Of a DNA stretch of 54,673 bases, positions 35,833 through 47,476 are shown piece by piece. This DNA comes from Cystobasidiomycetes sp. EMM_F5. Taxonomy: Eukaryota. The position numbers were made by a program, and so were the translations under genes. Where the stretch lies: positions 62,001-116,673 of the forward strand of contig JBPGPT010000041.1 of NCBI GenBank assembly GCA_051047955.1, read 5' to 3'. Under the pieces are notes generated by a model that made no database searches, was not told the DNA's origin, and saw only the letters and a list, made by a program, of their open reading frames with translations. Each line of letters opens with the position of its first letter. Positions within the stretch are counted from its first letter, which is position 1.

Positions 35833-36297
35833 GAGTGGAGTTTCATCAGCGTGTATAGCTGTATGTGAAACCGCTGAGTAAGCGGGTGGACTCCGGTCAA
35901 CATCACAATGACTGATGTGGAAGACACGTGTGAAGCGTTAGCCTCCTTTGCGTGAAAGTTAATGTTTTCTGTATTGGGATGTGAGGGATGTCGGATCAGC
36001 GATTTCCATTTCAAGCGAGATTCGGGAGAAGGAATGCATTGGATAGACCACTCTATCTCAGTCAATGCTGCGTGAGAAGGGGTATAAACCTGGCAATCTG
36101 ATCGATATCTGTTAGACATTTGTCAACGCGCCTGATGAATGTTTTCCGCGGTCTGGGTATAATCCGCTCGATTAATTCCTTGTCAAACAGAACCGTGTCC
36201 TGCAGCAAATGGAGTACAACAGATGCACGGAGGACACGCAACCTCAGCTAGGGGTAGCAGTCAGCACGGATAGGCTGGCTGCGCATGTCGAGTACCA

Positions 36298-36576
36298 TTA
36301 AAGCGCAGCATATGGAGCCGGCGGGGTTCGGGGTCTTGGAGGCCGTCCACGTGAGATAACAGGAGGCGGATGCGGACCATTGTGCGATGAATCTCCGACG
36401 CTTGATCCTTGCCGCTGCCGATGTTTGGAGCCTTTCTTGCGGGGCCGTGTCGACCCTTGACTTTGCGCACGTAAGTTGATTCCGTCCCTAATGCACTGCC
36501 ATACACCGCAGGTAATCATACAGCAAAATACTTCCCCTGTATTGTAACTCATGCTTGTTCCCGTCCTCGGCGCCAT
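36298..36576 (-). CDS. Microprotein B (92 aa), paralog of A
   Basis: MAPRTGTSMSYNTGEVFCCMITCGVWQCI...NGPHPPPVISRGRPP; shares G.V...M.TC.VW and GPH.PP..SRG with A. Confidence 0.65.
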   Translation of the reverse strand: MAPRTGTSMSYNTGEVFCCMITCGVWQCIRDGINLRAQSQGSTRPRKKGSKHRQRQGSSVGDSSHNGPHPPPVISRGRPPRPRTPPAPYAAL

Positions 36577-36698
36577 CTCTGCTATCGACGAGCAATGCAG
36601 TGGAAATTTGCAGGGGAAGCTGTCGCTGAAGGAAGGGCTTGATGTGAGCAAGAAGAAGAGATGGAATGGCAAATTTATATCTGACCACCTGATAACGC

Positions 36699-36712
36699 GG
36701 TACAGCCTTTAC
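36699..36712 (-). promoter_or_regulatory. Conserved upstream element GTAAAGGCTGTACC of microprotein B
   Basis: Matches 35819-35832; followed on the sense strand by TATA-like ATATAAAT (about 36673-36680). Confidence 0.45.
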
Positions 36713-37753
36713 CTGTAGATTCACATGAAATTGTTTAGTTGTGTGGGATTGCACTGCATAAGCGAGTAGATACCGCTCGACAGCATTTCAGCTCTGTGAG
36801 GCACGTATGTGAGGGTTGCATATCTTTCAGTTGATGTCGTCTGAGGATTCACGCACAAGGAGAGTGGAAGGAATAAGCGTAAGGCATCTCTTGTAGATGT
36901 TCGTTCCCAGACCGCTTAGCAGCGTGAAGAGATCTTTGCTTGACAGACCATTGTCGTTTAAAGCAGTCGCTTAGAGCAAAGCCGGGAGTCAAGTGAGGAC
37001 TACGGTATCTCCTGAATTAACGTTAGTGCTTTCATACTGTACAAGTCGATTTATTTCACCATGAGCGGCATTGTCACCATTACAGCTATGCTGCATCATT
37101 CTAAGGTGAAACAGAAGATGCAAGAGCATAAACCTGTGCTTGGCTCGTTTCGCTCCTCAAAGTTAGCATCGCTCAAGCTAGATAAACCACGCCAACATTG
37201 TTCTTGCAAGACAGCGACGGACGTAGTCGCCGTCATTGACTGCCGGTACTGGGTGATGATGTTCGACGAACATTCCTACGGTGTGGGTCGCTTGGGCTGG
37301 CTACAGCTGTTCCAAACCGGAGGGCTCGCTTCTGACTTGTGGACATCAATTCTTCGGGCGCAGAAACCCTGTTGGAACGTCGTGCAACGGGCATGACTCC
37401 GCTCGTGTTCCTGCCAGAAGCAGATCGCCTGGGAATAGGCAGGCCACAGCCTCCTCCAATGAGTCTGTTGATGAGCGAAGGATGGACGCATGCAGCCGTA
37501 TTTGAATTGTGTGGCATTTTCTTGTGCTGGGACGTGATTTTGTGCTGGCGATTGTGAGTGTGAAGCAGAGAGAGAATTGGGCCGTAGAATCATCTTAAAA
37601 GCGACCAGCGGTGTAAGTGAACAGCCACTACGCAGCTGCACCGCAGCCATTCGGATGATCGGCAGAGTACCGCTTGCGACGACTGTGCGAATGCTGAACT
37701 CAGCTTCAGTCCATTTCCGGGCATCGTGTTGCATCTACTGTGCGTCGACCGAC

Positions 37754-38268
37754 TCATCCGATGAACAATCGTCTCAAATGCAATATGCGGCAAAAATGCT
37801 TTGCAAATAAAAGTGGATCGAGGCGGTCGTCTGTGAGACTTGTAAGAGAGTTCTAATGGACCTATTCTTGTACCGCGACGTTTCCATACGAGCGTGTGTT
37901 CATCGTAATTGTGGAAATACTCTCTGTACGTTTATACGCACGAGTCGTCTCTTGAAGTAAAGGGAAAGGGGCCAAGCGATAGTACCGTAGGGCTGTATGT
38001 GGATTATTCTGCAGGATAGCAGCTGTCGTGTTCGGTCCGAACGGCGAAACACCGTTACCTAGTAGATCTGAACAAAGCTGTTGGTATCGCCAAATTAGAT
38101 ATTGAGCCTGTCCCGTAACTCTGCAGATACACTCGGGGATACTTTCGCGCGCGAGTATTGGGTACAGTGCCACATGAGATTCTTGAAAGCTCGGGGCTGG
38201 CGTTTCGGTGTGCAGACAAGCAGCGTCATGGGGAAGGACTGCTTCGCGGAAAGCGTTCTGGCTGTTAT
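37754..38268 (-). pseudogene. Degenerate fungal HNH-endonuclease (HNH_2-like) gene relic
   Basis: Extending the frame of ORF 37862..38173 gives NSQNAFREAVLPHDAACLHTETPAPSFQESHV...TAAILQNNPHTALRYY...E*VH*...DDRLDPLLFAKHFCRIL. This follows the order FR..V..RD..C..T...AHI, NG.LLR.DLH..FD, P.LL..HF seen in fungal HNH proteins. Two in-frame TAGs (37862-64, 37853-55) and degenerate catalytic motifs. Confidence 0.5.
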
Positions 38269-38788
38269 CTGTATCGTTGGATTACTGGATATATAGTAAG
38301 AATGAGTGCTCCCACGAGCTTAAGTCCAGTATGAGCCAGGTGAGGCATGACGCATCGTCACTCTCGCGTCCATAGACCGGTAAGCCCGCCATGAGCCCTC
38401 AGGACCACATTTCCACAAAAAGTGTCACTTATCTCGCAGAATCGCCAATCCATCACATTGCACTTGGCTGTATCCAGACCAACTGGGTGCGGCTGACTTG
38501 TCGATTTAAGATTGTATTCGCCAGCTGTCGCTCCTGGCGCGAGTGTAAGGCGCCGCTCTGGCTCATGGACATGGTGGGGGGAATCGAGCCTTCAAGTTGC
38601 TCGTTGACGAGATTGTGCAGAATAAGACTGACTACAGACATCGTCCCCGCTTTGCATATGAAAGGCGATGGTAATTATGACTGGGAAACCAGAGAGCGCA
38701 ACACTAGTCGGACCTCTTCGAAAGACAGGCACCACCACAAATTGACATCCACGATATACTCTGATACAAGTCAAACGCCTACAAACTA

Positions 38789-39163
38789 TCACGCATCTAC
38801 ATCTCCTGAACGTGAACCGCTGGGCGTACGCATGCGCCGTGCTGGCGAAGCTTGTCGACTGCTAACTGTACCTGGAGCCGGAGCATGTTGACGGTCGTCT
38901 GAACTTCCCGCTGAGCCATTCCTATCCTTGCGTTCGGAGCGTCGATGACGAATGAGAGATTGTGAGGTTTGAGCTGCCGACCCACTGTTTCCTCCATTTC
39001 CGCTCTTTGTTTTATTGACGCCCCGCTTTGTAAAGCTTTTTGGCAGGCAGAAGAGGGCGAGACCGCAAGTACCTGCTATTGCCAGATTTAAACAGAAATT
39101 ATTCGCAGTATTCGCTCCTCGTCGGTACTCCCGGGGAGATGATGCAGGACTCTGGCGCGACAT
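38789..39163 (-). CDS. Microprotein C (124 aa), same architecture as A/B but more diverged
   Basis: Short basic N-terminus, FCLNLAIAGTCGLALFCLP (TCG core), then a Lys/Arg/Ser/Gly-rich disordered tail. Confidence 0.55.
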   Translation of the reverse strand: MSRQSPASSPREYRRGANTANNFCLNLAIAGTCGLALFCLPKSFTKRGVNKTKSGNGGNSGSAAQTSQSLIRHRRSERKDRNGSAGSSDDRQHAPAPGTVSSRQASPARRMRTPSGSRSGDVDA

Positions 39164-40344
39164 GCTCGGCTAGTCGCAGGAGGTGTGAGTCGAGTCGCAG
39201 AGCTCTCACAACATCTGAAATAGGCGGTACGCTAGCGTGCGGAGTGTTGGACGTTGGGATACAGCCTCGGCATTGCCGCCTTTTGGCAAGCACGCTCCGA
39301 GTCCCCTTGACACGTCTGGGTGTTTAAGATCCGGATCATGCGCAGAGTCCTGCTGGGTTCCATCAATCTGCACGAGTTGCTACTCTGTGCGAGGGACAGC
39401 TGTAGAGTGCTCCGTGACCGTCTCGGACAGTCGTAGGGGCTTTGCAGAGTAGCCGCGTATCATCGACCAAGTTGAGAGGGTCAGTCTCGGCGGTTAGTCA
39501 GTGTTAGAATCCAACTGTCAGTGGATGATTAGAATGCTCGTTTCTGTCAAATGAAATAGTCAGCTTTCATCAAACAAGATGCAATGCATAAAAGTTGCCT
39601 GAATGCGTCTGCGTCACTCATAAGCAGGCCAACCCTGCCAACCTGCCAACCACCTCTGAGCACTGCACGATCTCGAGTCGACCAAGCTGCCCGATGCCAT
39701 CCTGAAGTCTGCCATCCGTCCTGCCAGTCACGGCAATACACTGCATATTGGAGTAATTGCAAGCCCAGAGTTGGACAGTCGCACAGTCAGAAGAGGCGAC
39801 GTCCAGGCGCGAGTCCAAGGACGGCGAGCTGTGGAGGGTAAAGTTCTGGACAACATATGCCTACCGTCCTCGTATCCAATATCCAGCCAGAGCTTCACCC
39901 GGAGCCCGAGCTTTTAAACGCCGGACTGTCAATTTGAATCTCCAATTGAACAAGCAGGTAGATACTAATCACCACCAGCCCACACTACAAGCTGAGCATC
40001 CATCCCATCCTCACATCCACAGCGCTCCTCCTTTGGCATTACTCACAGCCACGCCACCCAGGTCTGAAGAACATTCAAAGGGTGGGTTGAACCGCCGCAT
40101 AACACGCAGAGCCCATCCATTGCTGTCAAAGCGTCAAAGACTGGCTGCAAGGACGCTTACAACTGCTACGATACCTCGTTGTATACTGCTGATCGAGATC
40201 TGACCGGGTTGCAAAGTGACGGCGCGAAAGCAGGTGCTGCAAGAGTAGTATTCGTACTCTAGTCTCAATACTCATTACTCAGCTCCCGACTTTTAATCTC
40301 CCACCCTCGACCAGGAGTGGCCTCCCTCTTTCGGACTCGCTGCC

Positions 40345-42119
40345 ATGCAGCAGGGTCACATGTACGGCCAGCCGGGTGGCCCCAACAACGGGCAACCTCT
40401 GCCATTCCAGCAGATCCCCATGCAGGGTATGAACAATGCTGGAGGCGTCGGTCCGATGCAGATGCCGTTTGGCCAGCAGTTTCATCAATTAAATCAACCT
40501 CCGCAAATCCAACAGCAGCACATGTGGACGTCTCCCGTCAAGCCTCAAGCTGGACTCGGTATTCCAAACGCCGGGCAACATGGGCAGAGAAATCTCTATT
40601 CCCCTCATCCGCCGCAACAGCCAGTCATGCCGGGCAATCCTTTTGCAGCGGGCGCTCAACAACAGCAAAATGGTACTAACCCGTCAGGACAAGTTCCACC
40701 TCAGCTTACACAAGCAGAGATACAAGCCATGTTTGCATCGTTGGGAGCGCCAGGTCCCGCCTCCAATTCTCCAGCTCTGATTCCGTTGCACAATAATGCA
40801 ACTCAGCAACCCCTGCCACAGACGTTTAATCTCAATCCTGCGTTTCCAGGAGGTCCGACGCCAGGGATGACGCAGCAGTCGATGCAGAATGCCGCTTCGA
40901 TGCAATTTGCCCCACAGCAACCGCCCGGATCGGGCAACATGCCATACAATCCGCAACTGCAAGCTGCACTACAGCAGATGCAGAACGCTCTGGCAGCGCA
41001 GCAGCAACATATAAACAACGGGCAAGGTGGTCAGTTCAACAGTATTCCAGCCCATCTGCTCTCGCAGCAGCCCGCTGTTGCAGCGGCCATGAAGAATATG
41101 CAGGTGCAGAACATGACACCAAATATGAATATGTCGATGCAAGGTTTTTCGCAACAACAGCAGCAGCAGCAGCAACAACAACAACAAGCTGCTCAAATTC
41201 CCAATGCCAATGCCAAAGCCGGCGGACAAAATAGCACAAGTAACAATGCCGCTCTGTCCAACGCTAATTTCATGACCCTGCTAAACAACAATCTGCTAAA
41301 TAATGGTAACAATGGCAATCCGCAGCATGATCTCAATTTCCTTACGAAGCTTCAGCAATCTGGCATACAGCTCTCGCCCGAGCAGCAGGTGCTCCTTTCT
41401 CGGGCTATGCCGAGAAGGGGCGGTATCATCAATCAGGATCCTAGGACTGCGTTGAACGCAGGGCAGGCCCCAAATAGAACGCCCCAGCAGCAACCGATGC
41501 AATTGCAGCAGCCTCAACAGCAGCAGGGAAACCAGGTACGGATACCACCCCAGCAACCGCAATCACAACAGAATCAGCTTCCTCTGGGACTGCAAGGTAT
41601 ACCAATGCAGCAATTTCAGCAAGGCCCAAACATGCAACAGCAGCCTTTTACTGCCAGTGCCAATCTTCCGCCACACATGCAGCAATTACAACCTTCACAA
41701 AAGGAACAAACCCAACAACAGCCGTTCCAACCTCCTGCTCCACAACAAACACAGCAGCCGCAGCCGCAGCCGCAGCCGTCGCAGCAGAATAATACTACAG
41801 TTCCACCCAATGTCGTTGGAGAGTACGCCCATTATGTAGATCATTTGCGACTCTTGGCAGCACAGGAGCAGCGCATTGAACACTCCCTCAATACAAATAC
41901 ACTGATATCTGTAAAGCAGAGTGGACAGCAACAGGTGCCACCGCGAGCCATGGATGCGACGACGCGGGGCCAGATGGAGAAGCAATTGGACAATATACGA
42001 AAAGCGTTGGTCAAGTACAAGGAGAATGCTGCAAAGCTGGAAGAGCAATGGGGTGGCAGAGATCAGCTTTTATCGATCCTGAAGAATCAGCAACAACAGC
42101 GAGCGTGGGCATCGCAGGC

Positions 42120-42155
<36 letters not shown>

Positions 42156-45137
42156 GGCAGCTGGACCAGGATCGAATGCTGGTGCGAATGCATCGCAAAC
42201 GCTCGACAGACAGCAGATGCGCACGCCTGTCAATGGTGTGCAAGCAGCCGCGCAGCTCCAACAGCAGTCGCAAATCACTCCTGGCAACATACTCGGCCTG
42301 CAGAATCAGACGCAAACGACGCCTCAGCAAGCGCAGGCACAAGCTGCCGCACAAGCTCAGTATCAGCGATTTGCTGCCTTTCAGCAACAGCAGGCGGGAA
42401 CAGCCAGTCCGGGTGGACGCCAGGCGTCTCTCCAGGGCGCAGCGCAACCTCACATGCAGATACCGCAGCAGCCAGATATAACGGCCTCTCCGGCGAACAC
42501 TGCTCAGAGTCTCGCCGTGCCCGCTGCGCAACAGCCACCATCCCAATCTAGCGCGTCTCCATACAGGATCGTCCAGCATATTATGTACAACCCGGCTTTC
42601 AATGCTCTCCCGGTTGGTCAGCAGCAGCTGGTACGGCAGCAGTATACGGCAATCAACGAAGAAGTGCAAAGAGCGTTGCAAAACGCTTCACCGAAAAATT
42701 TCGTAGCAGCTTTGTTCGAAATGATGGCCAAGAATGGTACTGACATTACCACCACTCCTCGCGTGGAGATGCGTGAGATCGATCTTTTCACGCTGTACAA
42801 AGTTGTCCAGAAGCTCGGTGGCTGTACAGCGGTCCGACGGGGCAATGGCTGGCTGGCCGTGGCAATGGAGACTGGAGTTGTACATCAGGATCTACAGCAG
42901 AGTCGGCCACAGGAGGCTGCCCGCCTGGCTGACATATTATCTGGGGTCTATGCTAAATTTTTGGAGCCGTTTGAAGACGTTCAGCGAAGGGCAGCTTTCA
43001 ATGCGGTTATGAAAGCGCAGCCGCACCTCGCTCTGCCCCTTCAAGCTGTCTTATCTGCCTTGCCCCCAATGCCAGCATCGAATCCACAAATGCAAGCAGC
43101 TCATGAGCAGGCGAAGGCAAGTTTCATGCAGAATATGCAGCAACTTCAACAGCAAGCTCAAGTCCAACATCAATCGCTTCAGCAGCAATTTCAGCAAGAG
43201 CAACAGCCACGACCGCAGTCAAGAGCGAGCGCTTCGAAGGCTGTCGGACAAGCCGAGACAGCAGGACAGAACGCAGTGCCGAGCCCCGCTCAAGGTCAAT
43301 CTGAGGGGTCTCTGCCTACGCGGATTCCTTCGATGGGCCAACTGTCGAATCCTAGCGGATCGCCGACCACCCGGCCGCTCAATTTGCCGCCCCCAGAGGA
43401 AATTAACAAAGCTCGAGCTGAGGTCGAGGCTATGAAAGCAATCATACTAAAAGGCAATAGACGTAAGCTGGCAGTGCTGGCTTTCGTCTCATTACATCAG
43501 CGGTGGCTGATTTCTTTTCCCTCACTGTATAGAATATCGTACGCTCGACAATATCGATGCTGCTGAGCAGGAGAAATTCATCGCGACCGCGCGACCGATG
43601 GCTGGAATGGTTGACAAAATAATCGATCTTCTGCCAGTCTACCTCGCTATCAGCCAAGAAAGAGAAGGGTCGCGACGCTTGTTGGTGATGGTATGTCGAT
43701 TGCTCTATCGTGTCATCGATACCCTGACTGATATGTTATCCTCAGCTTTACATGTTCAAAGAGCAATTAACGATGCTAGATAGGAGGGAGTTTGTTCTCC
43801 GTCTCAGCGACATAGACAAGCTCAGGCTACAAATACAGCGCTGCTGGTCCTACGTTCAGAGTCACGCAGGCCCAACACCACCACCACTCAGCTCTCCGCT
43901 GCCGAACGTGGTGAACGGTCCCAGCGCCAGCTCTGCGCCTGGAAGAGACAATCCTGCCTCACGCCCGACCGAGTCCAAACAGTCAAACATGACATCTGCC
44001 CTGGACAACATCGCAGGGCATGACTCTGCCAATGTCGAATCTGGAAATGGCAGCGGCTTTATGCTCAAGGCCGGCTTACGTCGCGAAGATCTTAAGCCTC
44101 CGCCAACCAAGCATCGTCGAATTGCATCCTCCGCAAATTCTGATACGCACTCAGCAGGTCGTTCTCCCGCAGCAGTATACATCAATGGCACGTACGGGCA
44201 AGCGCAGGGCACAGGGCAATCGTACGCCTCCCCGATCGCTATCGATTCCCCTTCTCCGCGCAGCAAGAATGCGGCTACACAATCGCAACCAACAGGTAGT
44301 CTACCTGTCCGCTCAAGCTCTCAGCAGGCCCGAAATGCACCATCTCCTAAATATACAACGCTAGACAGCGCGAACCCGCAGAGCAAAGCACTCAAGTCAC
44401 AAAGTAAGGCGCCCGTGGCAAAGGCCTCCCCTGCAAAGAATGAAGCTACCGATGCAGACGTGCATGTACCTCCGCTACCACAGCCGAATCCGGCAGAGTT
44501 GTTGGAAATACAGCGAGCGATGCAGGAGAGACAGAATGTCTCCCTGAAGCGTAAGCGCGAAGAGGAAGAGGCAAAAGCGGATCCTGCTGCTTTCACCGAG
44601 CGTATACTGTCATCCATGTGGTGCGCTTCATCTGCGCCGACACAACCTTCACTTGACAAGAACATGGTGGCAGCCCGAGTATCCACCACTGGCTTTGAAG
44701 AGTTCTTGAGTGCTGAACTTTTAGATCTCATGGGCGACGATCCTGCACAACCGAATCTCACTCCCGTCCCCGGAGTGATAAAAAATGGCAGTGATGGATT
44801 AGCCGCGAGTGCACTTCCCGATTGTGCATTGGATATTTTCGTGGATTTCGACGTGGACTCCACACACAATGTGTGGTTCAACGACCCAAGCAATGCGTTG
44901 ACACCAGATCTTACTATCGGCGACGATCCCACGAAGACAAGTCCTCCAGACAATGATCTGGTAGCGACACCTCTCGACCCATTGCAAAACAGCAAGCCTG
45001 CCCTGCTCGCTAATAATAGTATACCAATCTATGATCAAGAGTATGCGACGTATTTCGGACCGTCTGCAACTCTGGCCCCAGCTCCCGACAACGCCTTCTC
45101 GACGTGGAACTGGTCGTCTGGCTTAGTTTCCTCGTAA
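40345..45137 (+). CDS. Large Q/N-rich transcriptional coactivator with an ARID domain and a Med15/Gal11-like C-terminal helical region
   Basis: About 780 aa Q/N/P-rich N-terminus; ARID FVAALFEMMAKNG...REIDLFTLYKVVQKLGG...W..VA...YAKFLEPFE (about 42700-42975). Introns 43463-43532 and 43691-43745 join ORFs 40345, 43598 and 43752. In-frame TAA at 40294 upstream of the ATG. Confidence 0.8.
41152..41187 (+). repeat. CAA/CAG polyglutamine tract
   Basis: Mixed CAA/CAG run encoding 12 Gln. Confidence 0.9.
42121..42156 (+). repeat. CAG/CAA polyglutamine tract
   Basis: Mixed CAG/CAA run (cagcaa units) encoding 12 Gln. Confidence 0.9.
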
Positions 45138-45966
45138 AAAAAATCGCCTCTAAGGCACTCTCGCAGTGACGAATGCTCATCTATGTATAACGCTCGACAG
45201 GTCGTCTACTTGGAGACGTCTGCATACAGCAATTAGTGCAGTGCGCTGTACAGGTACTTGTGTTCCGACAGGCGGGTATGCGTCATTTTTGAAGTTTCAG
45301 TGATTGTGGCGGGTCATAGGGGGAGGTATTGTCACATCCATGTGTATCGTTAGCAACTTCCAATGAGATCAATCATGCTTCTCGCCTGCAACTCCGATGC
45401 AATTTGATCAATACTTTGCTCTTCTATTTCTCCTTCGTCGCGTCGTAAACCCACCCCAAAACCTAGTTGAAAAGCTTCAGCCTGTCGCGACCTTATATTC
45501 CGGACCAGCGGACGCGCTGAACTGACGTACACACCACTGCAATTGGCTAAACGGACGAGATTTAGGCGCTGACGGTTCGGTCTCCTGCGGGCTTGCTGAC
45601 TTTTGGCTCCCCCACCGGAAAAGGCAGCCCAGGGCTGACCGCAGGCGGCCGCACGTCAAGTCGCGCGCGACCTAGGCCGAGTAGATAGAGCTAAGTCGAA
45701 GTGCACCTGAAACTTAAGAATTCAGTCTTTTCGCAAGGAGGTGGTCAAGGGGTCTAGAGACTTATCGGTCTGAATTCGCATGAATTTCCCGCATACAGTA
45801 CCGTCGCCGCCTGGGGGCTGGCGGACGCACTTGTCTCTTCACTCTCACACAACCTGACACAACCTGATCCAGCACCCGACTCTGTCGCCCTCTGCAGACG
45901 TTACGTCTCCTGACCATTCTAGCCGACACACCTGTCAGACGTTTGAAGAGGTTACGCAACGACATT

Positions 45967-47316
45967 ATGCCAGGCTACGCTGCGCAAACGCATGCAAGCA
46001 CAGATGCAGAGCAGTATATGCTCGTCTATTACGTCGCCTTGTATGCGATCGTATGGTATGATTGGGCCGTGCTCCTCAATAAGGAGTACAAAAGGATATG
46101 GCGAGCAGATTGGACATTGGTCAAATTCTTCTACCTGGCCAACCGCTATACGATGCTTCTGCTGACCGTTGTGGTATGGGCCGGTGAGCCTTGATGACGA
46201 GCGTATCTGTGCTCCCCTAGCGAAGGCTGAACCGGACCCCCACAGGTCTCGGCATGAATCGCCAAACATCCAACTGTGGTGTCATTCTTGGCTTCCAGCA
46301 AGCTTTCCCTATCCTAGTCTACTTTTTCAGCGGCTTCATACTCGTAATGCGTTGCTACGTAATTTGGGGACGGAGCAAAGTAGTCGGAGCTGCCTTGCTG
46401 CTCGTACACATTGCTCATGTCGTCATCTCAGGGTGGACATTGGAACAGTACGTCGCGGGATGCAATTCACAGCAGTCGTTCACTAATCATATTGATACTC
46501 GAAAGGACCATCGCCTTGCCGTTTCAGGAGGATGGTCCGTGTATACCTGTCGACACTAAAATCATGTCTGCCTTTTACACTTGCGTAAGTTCGATGCCAC
46601 TCGTCATTGATAGCCAAATTTCCTGACTGGCCACTCTTAGTTTTCGGCGCTAGTCTTCGATTCTCTGGCAAGTGGCCTTGCTCTCTGGAAGGCGGTTTCG
46701 ATACGTCACTCCTACAAAGACACTGCCAATATCAGGACGAGCGTACTGGATAACATTATACAGGTGACGCTGAGCCAACGCCACCTTATTGAAACCTTGC
46801 TCACTTCGTTGTGTCGCAGAACGGGTCCCTGTATATGGTCGGTTCCGTACTCGCGACATGCCTGAACATGTCATTCCGCTTTTTGTCCGTTCCAGCTGAG
46901 TTCAGTCATGCGTCAGACGCTAACGTTTTCTCCTTTGCAGATCTGCCAGTCCATTTCAGACTGCTTTCGATGGCTACGTTGGCGGAAACACCTGTTTAGT
47001 TATCACGAGCATACTTTCGGCTCGACTGGCATTATCCCTGAAAGACGCTCAGAAGATCATGCGCGGCAGCTCAGCAGGCGGATCTCGCAGGACGTCGGAA
47101 CATATCGGCATGCCATCGGGTAGCAGTAATAGAACTCGCCAGATGAGCGCGGCTGGCGCAGTCGAGGTATCCGTTACTTCGGTTACCCATGTCGATGCAC
47201 CCAGCACATACAGCGTCAATGACGAGAAGAAGTGGCTGGGCAGGGACTCGGATCTTGAATCCGGTACCATCGCATTGAACAAGTCTCCACATCACATTGA
47301 ACTTGATAGTAGATAA
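45967..47316 (+). CDS. Second DUF6533-type multi-pass membrane protein, multi-exon
   Basis: YYVALYAIVWYDWAVLLNKEYKRIWRADWTLVKFFYLANRY signature, then NCGVILGFQQ, LVMRCYVIWGRSK, GPCIP, NGSLYMVG, RLALSLK and a Ser-rich tail. Confidence 0.8.
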
Positions 47317-47476
47317 CTCAGCACGGCAGGTTGGGCAGGATGGGCGTAAGAGAGGCGATGCGAAAGGCATTAGGTATCAGGACATTTGACGCTCCTTTAA
47401 TGACCCAATTGTATGTACTGTATCCGCATAACAACAAGTACTGATAGGCGAGCAAAGCAATTTGTGCTTCCTCGAT

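Noticed and set aside
37061..37734. ORFs 37276..37734 (-), 37061..37396 (+) and a Cys-rich frame end (GLCSCIFCFTLE) as a fourth microprotein
   Set aside because: No TC.VW/TCG core near an N-terminus, no shared upstream motif, and no convincing splice model.
40580..42885. Cys- or Leu-rich ORFs overlapping the Q-rich gene
   Set aside because: Alternative-frame and antisense readings of CAG/CAA repeats.
40345..45137. Calling the ARID gene SWI1
   Set aside because: No C-terminal BAF250_C/armadillo region is visible, so the symbol was withheld.
45608..45680. GC-rich palindromes (CAGCCCAGGGCTG, GTCGCGCGCGAC) as an ncRNA or MITE
   Set aside because: Short, no tRNA cloverleaf, terminal repeats or target-site duplication; compatible with chance or ordinary promoter sites.
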